Positions 37,367 to 46,879 of a DNA stretch of 64,000 bases are shown here, piece by piece (within the stretch, counting starts at the first letter, position 1; every line of letters starts with the position of its first letter). Made by a program: the position numbers and the translations under genes. Location: the NCBI GenBank assembly GCA_963665665.1, contig OY762428.1, positions 1,696,001-1,760,000 on the forward strand, written 5' to 3'. The DNA is from Candidatus Kapaibacterium sp. (lineage in GTDB: Bacteria > Bacteroidota > Ignavibacteria > Kapaibacteriales > UBA2268). The notes beneath the pieces were generated by a model that was not told the DNA's origin, made no database searches, and was given only the letters and a program-made list of their open reading frames with translations.

Positions 37367-40300
37367 CTACCTATATATTGTAACCATTGCGGAATGAAGG
37401 GATTCCGGCCCGCTGTAACGGAAAATATATATGCCGTCAGGCAGCTGACCGAAGTTAAGTTCTGTTGATTTTTTATCAAGATTATATTTCTCAATTTCCC
37501 GGCCCTCGATGGTAAATACGGACAGGATGCCCCCGGTATTCGATGCGGAAATTTCCACACTGCCAATTGAGTTAACAGGATTTGGAGTAATGTTCAGCCC
37601 GGGTTCCCCGAATATAATATTGTTTACCAGGCCGTAAGCGCAGGATTGTATCTCTATACTTCCCGAACGTAAGCTCGTTTTTATCAGTTCGCTTTCAATT
37701 TCAGCCGAATATATTTCAAGCGGGAAAATCCTGACATCATTCAATAGCGACTTACCGGGAATTTCGAATAGTAAATATTTCCCCCTTCGTACAGTATCAA
37801 TCATGCCTTCCTTTTTAAGGTAAGCAAATTTGCTGTCCGATCGGTAATCAAATCCTGCCGGTTCGGCAAGGAAGGATTCCAGCGGGTAGCGTATCACGAT
37901 TGAATATGGAAGTTTGTACAGAACAGTATCAAAATCAAAATCCGCGTAAACAGGTATCTTTATGATTTCTCCAATATTGGCAAGTGTGTCGGGACAGGAT
38001 ACCAGGCAGGGAAGCCCGACACCAGTTCCGGCAAGAGTGAAGACAGGTATATTAACAAGTTCAGACGAATAAAATTCCAATGCCGCCCCGGTACGGCCAA
38101 ATTCTAATGGAGAAAATCTGAAATTCATATCTTTGGTTTCCCCGGCGGCCAGAAGAAAGGCGCCGCCACCGGAATTTATTGAAAAATAATCTTTTCCGAA
38201 GCCTGTAATCTTAATGCTGTCAATCAGCAGGTTGGTATTGCTGATATTTTCAATCACGGGGTTGATGCTGTCTATATGGTTAGCTACCGGAACCAGCCCG
38301 AAATCGAGAATATCAACGGCAAGACGTATCTTGTTCTGTGAGCCAGTCCCACGGATACTGCATTCTACGCTGTCGCATGAAGTTAAAAATATAATTTGCG
38401 CGTTCCTGGCGCCGATATCGGAAGGAGTAAACCATATTTCCAGAGGAAATGTGCCGCCCGGAGGAATTACAAGCGGCGGCTGCACGTTTGTAATAGCGAA
38501 ATCGGCTGCGGCTGACCCTGTGATTTTTACTCCATTAATTGTAAGTGGAAAAATATCGTCGTTATTTATCATTATATTGTTAATAAGAGTGTCCTTCCGA
38601 ACCCCTTTATAGGATTCTCCTATATCAATATTATCAACAGCAAGTTCAGGGCAGCGTATTTCCCAAACATCATCGGAAACATCTTCGATATATCTGTTCC
38701 CCGATATCTTCCACACAAAAGCGCTGCTGTCCCTTTTGGTTATCAGGGTATCTTCTCCGAATGCCGCCTTATCCGAGAAATAACCGCATGAATAAATACT
38801 GCCATCCATATCTGTAAAAATATTGGTTATTAGGTCAACTCCGCGGGCTCCGGCAGTTTTAGCGAAACTATCATTCCCCAGGGGATCAATTTTTGCAATA
38901 AATGCATTGGGCCCCTGCGATGTCCAGTGGGTAACAGACCCAAGACTGAGACCGGATTTGAACCAGCCGCCAAGAATAAGATTCCCGAGATCATCTTTCG
39001 CAAAATATGTTGTCGCATCGTCTCCTATGCCCCCGTTATTCTCCGTCCACTCAACATTTCCGTCTGCATCTAATTGAATGTAATAACCGTCGCGGGCACT
39101 ATTGGAATACCTTACTGTTTCGCCAAATTGAGTTTTTTTATCATAATCGCCGGACATCAGAAGCTTGTCTCCGTAGGTAGTCAGGGAAAATACTCTTTCA
39201 TTGTACTCGTGCCCGTAGGATTTCAAAATCCTTATTTGATCGCTTTCATCGAAGGAAAGGAGAAAGATATCTCCGTTGCCCCAGGAGTTAACTCCCTTGC
39301 CGTTAATGAAAAACAGATCCCCATAGTGGCCGGCAACATAAACATCTCCGCCGTCGATTGCAGCCATCCTTACTGCTTCGTCAAAATAATGCCCGCCTCC
39401 CCCGCTGATGCCAAACATTACATTCAAATCCCTATCATATTTTATTATTAGCGCGTCGCCGGAACCGATACTGTACAGGATATCGCCCCCAATTGTTATC
39501 CGCTCGGTGAATGAACCCGCAGCCCAGATGTTCCCGTTGCTGTCCCTGCACATACAGTTAAAAATTTCGAACCCTATGCCGTCCGGATTATTAAAACCTG
39601 TAAAATCCATACCCGGATCAACTCTGGCGATAAATGCGTCTCCCTTTTCAGAGGCGTTCTTCGGAAGGCTGCCAAAATCAACATCGCCTGTAAATGAACC
39701 ACAGATCAGCGCGTTGCCATTGCCGTCCGACATTATCTCCCCGGCAAGTTCCGCGCCCGGGCCGCCAATTGTTATAAGGGTGTCCAGCGATCCGGATTCA
39801 CTAAGCCTTGCCAGGAACAGGTCTGTTTCTCCTGCCGAATTAACAATCTTTCCCATAAAATCCGCGCTGCCCTCGAACTGCCCGAAAACCCATACGCCGC
39901 TGTTGTCAACCATAATATCCGTAGGAGTAATTACTTCATTGCCGCTAAACCCGCGGGCCCAGTTCGATTCGGAGAATGTTCCGGCCTTCAGCAGACACTG
40001 TTCGGAACTGACAGACGGTACTTTCCACTGGTAATTATAGCCGTAAACCTTATCGATATCTGTCCAGTTTGAGCCATTATTTAGGCTGAATTTTAAATCC
40101 ACCAATTCCGAAGCCCTGTTGCCTGACCATTCCAGCGTGGTGTCGCTGCCTGCAAGAAGAACTTCACCTCCGTTTGGTTTTAACACTTTGATTCCGTCTT
40201 CTCCGGCAATGGCGCCGCCGCTCAGGTACAGAGTATTGCCAAGGCATGCATTTGTAATTAATTTCAGGTATGCTCTAACGTATTGTGAATCCACGGGATT

Positions 40301-41416
40301 GAACGATACTCTCAGGTTCTTCTGCCTGCCTTCTTCAATTAAAAGCGGCAGCTCGGATACCGTTGGTTGCTCCACACGGAAGCGGCTGTCGGAAAAATCA
40401 AACCCGTATATCTCTACATCGCCGTTAACTGCCGTCATTGTTATGTCTTGATAGTCGCTGGCGCCGGGAAGTATCAGCCCGAAATCCAGGTAAGACGAAG
40501 GTGAAAGGCTCAGCCTTGGTTCAAGTTTAGTCGGCGGGAAAAATGTTAGCTCATAAGTATAATTGTAGGGCAGAAGTTTTATCTCTGTTCCCGGATCAAA
40601 ACTACAAACTGATGATACCCATTCAATTGTGCAGCTTCCGTCAGTAAATATATCGGAAAACAAGGCCCCGGCAATTTCCTCGGAAGTTGATTCGTTTGCA
40701 TTTCCATATACCCGGCCACCTGTGGAAGATGCGATCATTCTCAGATTATAACCCACCGACATATTGATGACAACAGGATAGATTGATGCATCAATATTAT
40801 TTGCACGGGTTACAACATCATTTACATCGGCATCTCCCGCTCCGTCAGTAAGCAGAATAATTGCAGGTTTATTAACTGCATTTTCAGCTATATTCAAAGC
40901 GCCGAACTGAAGCTCTGTAAGAGCAGCGTTGAAAGAAGTACCGCCGTTAGCGCTGATATTATCGAGCCTGTCGGTAATTTCAGATTTCTCATTTGTAAAA
41001 TCTTTTACAATATAGTTTTTTGAATTAAATGTTATAAGTGCATATTCGGCCATACCCTCGGGAACATAATCCAAAATGCCCGTTATTATTTTTTTAGCTA
41101 TGCTTAGCCCTGAAGTAGCCATTGAACCGGATACATCAAGTGCGAATACCACTGATGCCGGTTGGAACTGACCGCTCCCGGTACAGCCGGCATAAAGAAC
41201 TTCCTTTATGCCGCCCCGGTCTGTAATTTCAAAATCATTTTTTGAAAGATTGGTTAACATCTTGTTGTTATGGAAAGCTTTAAACTGTGCCTTGACAACC
41301 GGAAATTCGCTCATATCCGGATTGTAAACCAGAAGTTGGGCGCTAATGGTTTCAAATCCTAAAAAAATTATAATTATTAGAAGTATTTTGTTTAAGTTTT
41401 TCATTATTATCTCCAA
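37367..41416 (-). CDS. Large secreted vWA, beta-propeller and choice-of-anchor D protein with T9SS CTD
   Basis: Signal peptide; 'ALDVSGSM', 'LLTDG'; repeated DxxGN..GxF propeller blades; Ig-like repeats; 'ITPNPV...DGIYIFR'. Confidence 0.88.
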   Translation of the reverse strand: MEIIMKNLNKILLIIIIFLGFETISAQLLVYNPDMSEFPVVKAQFKAFHNNKMLTNLSKNDFEITDRGGIKEVLYAGCTGSGQFQPASVVFALDVSGSMATSGLSIAKKIITGILDYVPEGMAEYALITFNSKNYIVKDFTNEKSEITDRLDNISANGGTSFNAALTELQFGALNIAENAVNKPAIILLTDGAGDADVNDVVTRANNIDASIYPVVINMSVGYNLRMIASSTGGRVYGNANESTSEEIAGALFSDIFTDGSCTIEWVSSVCSFDPGTEIKLLPYNYTYELTFFPPTKLEPRLSLSPSSYLDFGLILPGASDYQDITMTAVNGDVEIYGFDFSDSRFRVEQPTVSELPLLIEEGRQKNLRVSFNPVDSQYVRAYLKLITNACLGNTLYLSGGAIAGEDGIKVLKPNGGEVLLAGSDTTLEWSGNRASELVDLKFSLNNGSNWTDIDKVYGYNYQWKVPSVSSEQCLLKAGTFSESNWARGFSGNEVITPTDIMVDNSGVWVFGQFEGSADFMGKIVNSAGETDLFLARLSESGSLDTLITIGGPGAELAGEIMSDGNGNALICGSFTGDVDFGSLPKNASEKGDAFIARVDPGMDFTGFNNPDGIGFEIFNCMCRDSNGNIWAAGSFTERITIGGDILYSIGSGDALIIKYDRDLNVMFGISGGGGHYFDEAVRMAAIDGGDVYVAGHYGDLFFINGKGVNSWGNGDIFLLSFDESDQIRILKSYGHEYNERVFSLTTYGDKLLMSGDYDKKTQFGETVRYSNSARDGYYIQLDADGNVEWTENNGGIGDDATTYFAKDDLGNLILGGWFKSGLSLGSVTHWTSQGPNAFIAKIDPLGNDSFAKTAGARGVDLITNIFTDMDGSIYSCGYFSDKAAFGEDTLITKRDSSAFVWKISGNRYIEDVSDDVWEIRCPELAVDNIDIGESYKGVRKDTLINNIMINNDDIFPLTINGVKITGSAAADFAITNVQPPLVIPPGGTFPLEIWFTPSDIGARNAQIIFLTSCDSVECSIRGTGSQNKIRLAVDILDFGLVPVANHIDSINPVIENISNTNLLIDSIKITGFGKDYFSINSGGGAFLLAAGETKDMNFRFSPLEFGRTGAALEFYSSELVNIPVFTLAGTGVGLPCLVSCPDTLANIGEIIKIPVYADFDFDTVLYKLPYSIVIRYPLESFLAEPAGFDYRSDSKFAYLKKEGMIDTVRRGKYLLFEIPGKSLLNDVRIFPLEIYSAEIESELIKTSLRSGSIEIQSCAYGLVNNIIFGEPGLNITPNPVNSIGSVEISASNTGGILSVFTIEGREIEKYNLDKKSTELNFGQLPDGIYIFRYSGPESLHSAMVTIYR

Positions 41417-41491
41417 CCCATAAATGTTTAAATCCTTTAAATATTAATGTGATTTCCCGTTCTGATCTTCCAAAAATACAGCCTTTTGAGA

Positions 41492-41623
41492 ATGTCATTC
41501 CCCGACACGCCGGGGCCGGCTTCCGGAGCGAAGCGACTGAAGAATCCGGATTTCTTTTCAAATACTATTTATGAATCTAATAACTTTTATTACAATGGAT
41601 TCTTCACTTCGTTCAGAATGACA
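41492..41623. repeat. REP-like inverted pair with nested CCCCGACACGCCGGGG insert
   Basis: GTCATT...GGAGCGAAGCGACTGAAGAATCC / GGATTCTTCACTTCGTTCAGAATGAC. Confidence 0.7.
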
Positions 41624-41832
41624 AATCTCAAAAATTCAGGCTTTCGAGACAACCCCGTTGCAAGGGTCGCCATTATGTGATTTGAGAATGTACCAAAAAT
41701 TTTCGTTTCATATCAGATTCTGCCCATAATATATAAAATATTATCTACATCGATTATTAAAATAACAAACTGAAATATGAAAAGTGCCCTGCCTAAATTG
41801 AAGAAAAATTGAAACTATTATAAGAAAAAAAT

Positions 41833-43224
41833 ATGAAATTCGAACATCACAGCCCTTCGTGGCTGGCTTATACACATTCCTGTGGGGCATGGATACCGGC
41901 CCGCCATATAATGCATATCGAGAAAAGCATACTGAAAGAGCTTGCCATGGGTGGGGGCAGGATAATAGTAAATATGCCGCCCCGCCACGGCAAATCGGAG
42001 TATATATCAAAATATTTTCCGGCATGGTTTCTTATCTCCAACCCCGGCAAGCGGGTTATCCTTTGCTCCTACGAGGCCTCCTTCGCGGCGGAATGGGGCA
42101 GGAAGGTCAGGGATATTATATCGGGGATGGCTGATAGCACAGGCATCGGGATAAATCCATCCAAAAAGGCAGCGGATAACTTCCTTATAAAAGATCATGG
42201 CGGTAGTATGATCTGCTCCGGCGCCGGAGGCTCGATTACCGGCAGGGGCGCCGACCTGATAATTATAGACGATCCGGTGAAAAACGATGCCGAGGCAAAC
42301 AGCCGTACAATCCGGGACAATATCTGGAACTGGTTCCGAGCTACCATCTATACACGGCTGGAACCCGGCGCCACCCTGATACTGCTGATGACCCGCTGGC
42401 ACGAGGACGACCTCTGCGGACGCCTGCATAAGTATTTCCCGGACGAGTGGAAAAGAATTTCGCTTGCCGCTTTTGCAGGGGAAAACGACCCGCCTGGCAG
42501 GAAAGCCGGCGAAGCGCTCTGGCCGGAACGCTTCCCCGCGGACAAGCTTGGGGAGATAAAAAAAGGCATAGGCTCCTTCTGGTTCAACGCCCTTTACATG
42601 CAGAAGCCCACGCCGCCGGGCGGTTCGGTATTCAGGGCGGCATACTTCCGCTACTACCATCAAAACGGGAAGATATTCGAATTGCAGAACGGCGGCAGAA
42701 TAGCGGAATACAAGCTGCGCACATTTGCCGTGGCAGACCTTGCCTCCACCATCAGCGAAAAATCCGATTTCACTGTTGTACTGGTATTTTCTGCAGCGCC
42801 GGGCAATATCGTACTTGTAAGGGACATAATCAGGGAGCGGATTGAAGGCGCGGGGCACGCCGATCTGATAAAAACAGTTTTTGCCAGGTGGCGGCCCCTG
42901 CAAATAGGCATTGAATCGGTGCAGTACCAGGCATCACTTGTTCAGGCATTATCGCGTGACGGGCTGCCAGTTCGCCCCCTGAAACCGGACAGGGACAAGC
43001 TGTCCCGTGCCCTGCCCATGGCCGCCCGCGTGGAGTCCGGCGATGTTTACTTCCCGGCGGAGGCCCCCTGGCTCGCGGATTTCGAATCCGAGCTGCGCCA
43101 GTTCCCCAACGCCGAGCACGACGACCAGGTTGACGCTTTCGCCTATATCTGGCAGATGATGCAGGGCGGCGGCGGCATTATGCCCGCCTCGGCTGGAAGG
43201 AAACGGGAGTGGCGGTTTATATAG
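41833..43224 (+). CDS. Phage terminase large subunit (Terminase_6-type), isolated
   Basis: Walker A 'NMPPRHGKSE', 'GSITGRGADLIIIDDPVK', 'MTRWHEDDL', nuclease 'FPNAEHDDQVDA'. Confidence 0.92.
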   Translation: MKFEHHSPSWLAYTHSCGAWIPARHIMHIEKSILKELAMGGGRIIVNMPPRHGKSEYISKYFPAWFLISNPGKRVILCSYEASFAAEWGRKVRDIISGMADSTGIGINPSKKAADNFLIKDHGGSMICSGAGGSITGRGADLIIIDDPVKNDAEANSRTIRDNIWNWFRATIYTRLEPGATLILLMTRWHEDDLCGRLHKYFPDEWKRISLAAFAGENDPPGRKAGEALWPERFPADKLGEIKKGIGSFWFNALYMQKPTPPGGSVFRAAYFRYYHQNGKIFELQNGGRIAEYKLRTFAVADLASTISEKSDFTVVLVFSAAPGNIVLVRDIIRERIEGAGHADLIKTVFARWRPLQIGIESVQYQASLVQALSRDGLPVRPLKPDRDKLSRALPMAARVESGDVYFPAEAPWLADFESELRQFPNAEHDDQVDAFAYIWQMMQGGGGIMPASAGRKREWRFI

Positions 43225-43268
43225 CTGTTACATCCATTTATTTTTGTAAATAAATAATTTTTAAAGTT

Positions 43269-44342
43269 ATGCGTAATTTGATAAACTGCATCGAACTGAA
43301 ATGGAATGACATTATGAAAATAAAACAAATAAAACGTATATTCAGGATCGTATTTATTATTGCCGGCATAAGCTCCTTATACTTCGTACCATGGATTTTA
43401 GTGAGAGCATGGATAATGCCACTGCCTGATACGGTTCAAGAACAACTCAACGAAGGAATAAATTACGGATTTGACGGAATGATTGTTTATGTGGACGAAG
43501 CAGGAAAGCCGCCGAAGTTTTATGCCTCAGGCTGGCATAACCGAAAAAAGAGAATTCCTGCTTACCCTCAGGCATTATTCAAAATTGCGAGTATTACAAA
43601 GTTATATATCGCTGTGGCCACCACAAAATTGGTTAAAGAAGGGCGTTTGTCTTTGGATAAAACACTTGCTGAATACTTCCCGGAACTTACGAAACGAATT
43701 GAATATTCAGACAAGATAACTTTGAGAATGATGGTGCAGCATCGGAGTGGAATTCCAAATTTTGTTGACCATCCTGATTATTGGACAAAACCTCCAAAAA
43801 ACAGGCAGGAAACACTTGAATACGCCCTGGATTTGCCCGCCGACTTTGAGCCGGGTGAAGATTATGGTTATTCAAATACCAATTATATGTTGATTGAGAA
43901 CCTCATTGATAAAACTTTGGGCTATCCCCGCCAACAATATATTAAGGAGAGAATATTGATTCCACTCGGGCTGAATCACACTTTTGGTTCGCTTGGCGAA
44001 GTGAATATGGGCGATGTGATGAGTGGCTATTATGTTGGCGTTGAAACCGATTTCAAGTATGAAAATACCGGCTTAATGCTGGCTACTGCAGAAGACGTGG
44101 GCTTATTCCTGCGGGCGTTAAACGATGGTTCGGCGTTTGATGAAGGTGAGCAGGAAATTTATGCTTCAATTTACGTTTATGAACATACAGGTCTGCTTCC
44201 CGGCTACCAGAGCATTGCAAAATACTACAAAGATACGGACATGGTTGTTGTTCAATTCAATAATACAACTAATTTTGATGGATATGACTGGAATTTAGCG
44301 GAAATCATTTATAACCGGATTGTCAAAATATTAAAGAAATAA
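43269..44342 (+). CDS. Serine hydrolase (beta-lactamase-related, AmpC/PBP-like)
   Basis: SxxK 'ASITK', 'HRSGI', 'YSNTNY', 'HTG'; N-terminal TM; true start probably MKIKQ. Confidence 0.88.
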   Translation: MRNLINCIELKWNDIMKIKQIKRIFRIVFIIAGISSLYFVPWILVRAWIMPLPDTVQEQLNEGINYGFDGMIVYVDEAGKPPKFYASGWHNRKKRIPAYPQALFKIASITKLYIAVATTKLVKEGRLSLDKTLAEYFPELTKRIEYSDKITLRMMVQHRSGIPNFVDHPDYWTKPPKNRQETLEYALDLPADFEPGEDYGYSNTNYMLIENLIDKTLGYPRQQYIKERILIPLGLNHTFGSLGEVNMGDVMSGYYVGVETDFKYENTGLMLATAEDVGLFLRALNDGSAFDEGEQEIYASIYVYEHTGLLPGYQSIAKYYKDTDMVVVQFNNTTNFDGYDWNLAEIIYNRIVKILKK

Positions 44343-44481
44343 AGCACATAACATGTTGTATAAGTAATGGCAGGGAATGTGGTAAACATCAAGGTTTGCA
44401 TTCCGCTTCAACTGCGTAGCTATAGAAAAAATTATTAACATACCCCCCACCCTTATTCCAAAACCGGAGCAAAAGATTGAT

Positions 44482-44514
44482 ATGAAAAAGATAGAAGATA
44501 AAAACACAAGATAC
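44482..44514 (+). pseudogene. 5' fragment of a 62-aa gene interrupted by the IS3-bounded insertion
   Basis: MKKIEDKNTRY joins in frame, via the TAC duplication, to 63554-63712. Confidence 0.8.
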
Positions 44515-44591
44515 TGAACGGCTTCCTTTAAAAAAAACAGCGATTTAAGGTGAAATAATCTTAACTTGCAAAAAATCAAAAGGAGCATCAA

Positions 44592-44879
44592 ATGGCAAAC
44601 AAACGAAGAAATTACAGTTCAAAATTCAAAATGCAGGTAGCCCTGGAGGCAGTCCAAGAGAGAAAAACAATAACCGAGCTGGCATCGGAGTACGGGGTTC
44701 ATCCAAACCAGATAAGCATGTGGAAAAAGCATTTAAAAGAAAGTGAAAAGGAAGTATTTGAAAACAAGCGTGGGCCAGGGAAGAATAAAAAAGAAAAAGA
44801 CGAATCAGTATTATATGAAGAAATAGGCCGGCTAAAAATTGAATTAGACTGGTTAAAAAAAAAATTGGGACGTGAGTAA
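44592..44879 (+). CDS. IS3-family transposase OrfA (HTH)
   Basis: 'RRNYSSKFKMQVALEA...ELASEYGVHPNQISMWKK'; A-rich slippery run at WLKKK. Confidence 0.93.
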   Translation: MANKRRNYSSKFKMQVALEAVQERKTITELASEYGVHPNQISMWKKHLKESEKEVFENKRGPGKNKKEKDESVLYEEIGRLKIELDWLKKKLGRE

Positions 44880-45717
44880 AGAAGAACGCAGGAAGATGGT
44901 AGATGCTGATAATAAAGAAATTAGCATAAGCCGGCAGTGCGAGCTTTTGGGTATTAGCAGGAGCTGTTATTATTACAAACCCAAGGGTGAAAGTGAAGCA
45001 AATATTCTATATATGAAGCTGATCAAAGAACAATTCGCGATTACTCCATTTTATGGAGCCAGAAAAATGACAGCACACTTACGTTCTTTGGGATACCATG
45101 TTAACTATAAACGAATCAGGCGATTAATGAAATTATTGGGACTTCGGGCAATATATCCCCAACCGGACACGAGCAAACCGAACAAGGAGCACAAAATTTA
45201 TCCATACCTGTTGAGGGATATGAAAATAAGTCGTCCGGATCAGGTTTGGAGCCTGGATATAACATATATTCCGATGCGTAAAGGATTTATGTATCTTATA
45301 GCAATTATAGATGTTTATAGCAGGTATATCGTCGACTGGGAATTATCGAATAACCTTGAGAAGGAGTTCTGCATAGATACAATAAAAAGGTCTTTGAAAA
45401 CCAGGAAACCGGAAATAACAAACACGGATCAGGGCAGTCAGTTCACGAGCAATGATTTTGTGAAAACGATTCTGGATGCTGATGTTAAGGTAAGCATGGA
45501 CGGCAAGGGCCGCGCCTTGGACAATGTTTACATAGAACGCTTCTGGCGGAGCTTTAAATACGAAGACCTGTATCTGAAGTCTTACGAAGACGGAAAAGAG
45601 CTCTATGGCGGTATAAAGGCTTATGTCGATTGGTATAACAACACGAGGCCGCACGCAGGAATTGAATACCAGATTCCGGCTGAAAAATATATGAACGAAC
45701 AGCGGTTCGTTAATTGA
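44872..45717 (+). CDS. IS3-family transposase OrfB (DDE integrase core)
   Basis: WSLDITY, NTDQGSQF, DNVYIERFWRSFKYE. Confidence 0.95.
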   Translation: MSKEERRKMVDADNKEISISRQCELLGISRSCYYYKPKGESEANILYMKLIKEQFAITPFYGARKMTAHLRSLGYHVNYKRIRRLMKLLGLRAIYPQPDTSKPNKEHKIYPYLLRDMKISRPDQVWSLDITYIPMRKGFMYLIAIIDVYSRYIVDWELSNNLEKEFCIDTIKRSLKTRKPEITNTDQGSQFTSNDFVKTILDADVKVSMDGKGRALDNVYIERFWRSFKYEDLYLKSYEDGKELYGGIKAYVDWYNNTRPHAGIEYQIPAEKYMNEQRFVN

Positions 45718-45954
45718 AAACTTTGTTGGAAAAGTGAAAAAATGCAATCCGGTAAGCAATTGATAAAAAAAGAAATAGAAAGGAGAGTGAAAGTTATCCA
45801 CAATTTCCAGGTTGTTAACAAAAAGAAAAAAAAGTAGCAAAAAAAAGAAAAATTAATATTATTACATATTTTTTTCTTATTTTATTAGAGAAGAAGTATA
45901 GATTAATAAACACCATAAACTATACTTTTATTTGTCTAAGCAATAGGGAGCATT

Positions 45955-46872
45955 TCACTTTTCTTCTATATATTTTAATGTTTCATCAATATGTTTTTGA
46001 GGATATTTATCAATTATTTCTTGGGCTTGATTTGGTGTTAAGCAAAAATAATTAATCAATTTATTGTAATGCTCGTAATTATAATTATCACTCAATAATA
46101 ATTCAGCTTTATCTTCTTCCAGTAATATATTATTTGATTTAATATGAAATACTATCTCAACTACTTTTCTTCCCTGTTTCCTTTCAGAAAATGTAAAATT
46201 TATATCAGTTGTTTCATTTATTTCTCTCTGAGCCTGTTGTAATACTTTTATTTTGAAATTTGAATAATTAGGATATTGACCATCTTTTATCCATATTTTC
46301 TTTTTTAAATCCTCAACCGATATCCTCCTTTTAGCAATTCTTTCATACTGTTTCAGCATTTCATATAATCGTATACTGTAGGTACTTCTTAATCTCAATA
46401 CATATTTCAATGTAAATTTTGTAAATTTTTCTTTCAATTGTAAAAAATACTTTTGTACATCATTTCCCAATTCTATTACTAAATATCCTTTGTTATTAAC
46501 GTATTTACATTTATTCACCCAATGAAGTTGATAATGATTTTCCCCGTCATCATATTCTATTACTCTGGTCATTAACTGCCGTGATATAGTTCTCATTTCA
46601 CTATAATTATTTTTACTCTTAGTACCTAATATTTCATTCAAATCTTTAATATTTAAGTGGTATTCCTGAAATTTTGTATCACCTTTTTCAATTAATGATG
46701 CTACAATCAACAATAATCTTTGTTCCTGTAAAGATAACTTATAAGGCATTTCAATTAATTCATTATGCTTTATAATAGTTCGTCTATCATCAATAATTTT
46801 CATTTTAATGACTTTTTTCATATTATTCATTATGTTATAAGACAATATTATCATAAAACAAATTAAATGCAA
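45955..46872 (-). pseudogene. Rep_3-family plasmid replication initiator, C-terminally truncated by IS3 copy 1
   Basis: 'KHNELIEMPYKLSLQEQRL', 'LRSTYSIRLYEMLKQY', 'YSNFKIKVL...EINETTDI'; stop codon supplied by the IS end. Confidence 0.85.
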
Positions 46873-46879
46873 CTACATT

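Larger units (their letters stand above)
44515..45957 (+). mobile_element. IS3-family insertion sequence, copy 1 (1443 bp)
   Basis: TG...CA ends; imperfect IRs TGAACGGCTTCCTTT / TGAAATGCTCCCTAT; orfA and orfB. Confidence 0.95.

Noticed and set aside
42007-42903. 298-aa minus-strand ORF
   Set aside because: Antisense shadow of the GC-rich terminase gene
43269-44342. True beta-lactamase resistance gene
   Set aside because: Motifs fit the broad serine hydrolase/peptidase family; nothing specifically supports beta-lactam hydrolysis
45343-45840. 165-aa minus-strand ORF repeated in each IS copy
   Set aside because: Antisense to orfB; repeated only because the IS is repeated
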